A stretch of 63,910 nt of DNA, counting the filler, from Diploschistes diacapsis (taxonomy: Eukaryota): assembly GCA_023645945.1 (NCBI GenBank). It is 9 parts of 9 records of this genome, joined end to end, with 100 filler letters (N's around TTAATTAATTAA, not from the genome) between each part and the next. Parts side by side here need not be neighbours in the genome. Positions count along the whole stretch, not along the records: positions 59,417 to 63,910 come from JALAIB010001694.1; 8 more parts are not named here. One strand, written 5' to 3'. A program made the position numbers and the translations under genes. The first letter of the stretch is position 1, and the number at the start of each line of letters is the position of its first letter. Shown piece by piece: positions 63,467-63,910 of the stretch. Under the pieces are notes generated by a model that was given only the letters and a program-made list of their open reading frames with translations, made no database searches and was not told where the DNA came from.

Positions 63467-63863
63467 TCAACCACCGTGCAACGTAGAAACGAACAGGATA
63501 TTGTCGCCGTTCTGAATCTCGTACTTGTCCTCGCCCTCGAGCTCCCAATCCGCATCATTGATCAGGACGAGGATGCCAGGTCGTCTGCTCACAGTTTTTA
63601 GCGCAACCCTTTTTTGCTTCCCCTCCAGCAGTCCAAAAATAAATAAAAAAAGTTACAGCTCGATTCGAAAGGGGGAAAAAAAAACACGTACACAGTCCCA
63701 TTCAAAACAAACATCTCCCTCCTCCGATCCTTCATGTGCTCGTCGCACAGGTGGTGGATCAGGTAGTTCACGTCCGCGGGCCGCCGCTCGCCCTCGCCGC
63801 CCCTCGCGGGGATCTCGATGGCGTGCTTCCTCACGCCGCCGAAGAGGAGCTCGAGGCCGCCAC
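63467..63863 (-). CDS. URM1: Ubiquitin-related modifier Urm1 (first exon outside window)
   Basis: GGLELLF...[20 protein letters not shown]....[17 protein letters not shown], with the C-terminal GG. Confidence 0.96.
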
Positions 63864-63910
63864 TTTTTTTTTTTTTCCCTCGAAAGGATCAGGATTTTTG
63901 TTTTTAGTTC

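Overview
This is filamentous ascomycete (Pezizomycotina-type) genomic DNA: intron-containing genes and AT-rich repeat remnants with a RIP-like signature. The window is a concatenation of nine contig pieces joined by eight identical 100-bp artificial linkers (N44-TTAATTAATTAA-N44), so adjacency across linkers is not reliable. Recognisable genes are RMD5, SPO11, RTT109, a phenol 2-monooxygenase, SNF5, CEG1, an Ecl1-domain protein, SWC2/VPS72, a JSN1-like Pumilio/RRM protein, an Nrd1/Mrn1-like four-RRM protein, a PD-(D/E)XK-like nuclease-fold protein, an M28 leucine aminopeptidase, an R3H-associated protein, a metallophosphoesterase, an acyl-CoA synthetase, TOM40, a PFK-2/FBPase-2 family protein and URM1, plus several hypotheticals and one clear pseudogene. 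The most interesting observations are: (1) a non-coding tandem mini LTR retroelement (three ~165-bp LTRs, two ~250-bp internal regions) with a Tf1-like self-priming complementarity and a RIP gradient; (2) a short accessory contig with a degenerate 7-unit tandem array, a tRNA-like element and an intronless nuclease-fold gene; (3) a SPO11 with substitutions in two conserved Toprim motifs. All family assignments come from motif recognition by eye, with no database search, and gene boundaries are hand-inferred from splice signals.
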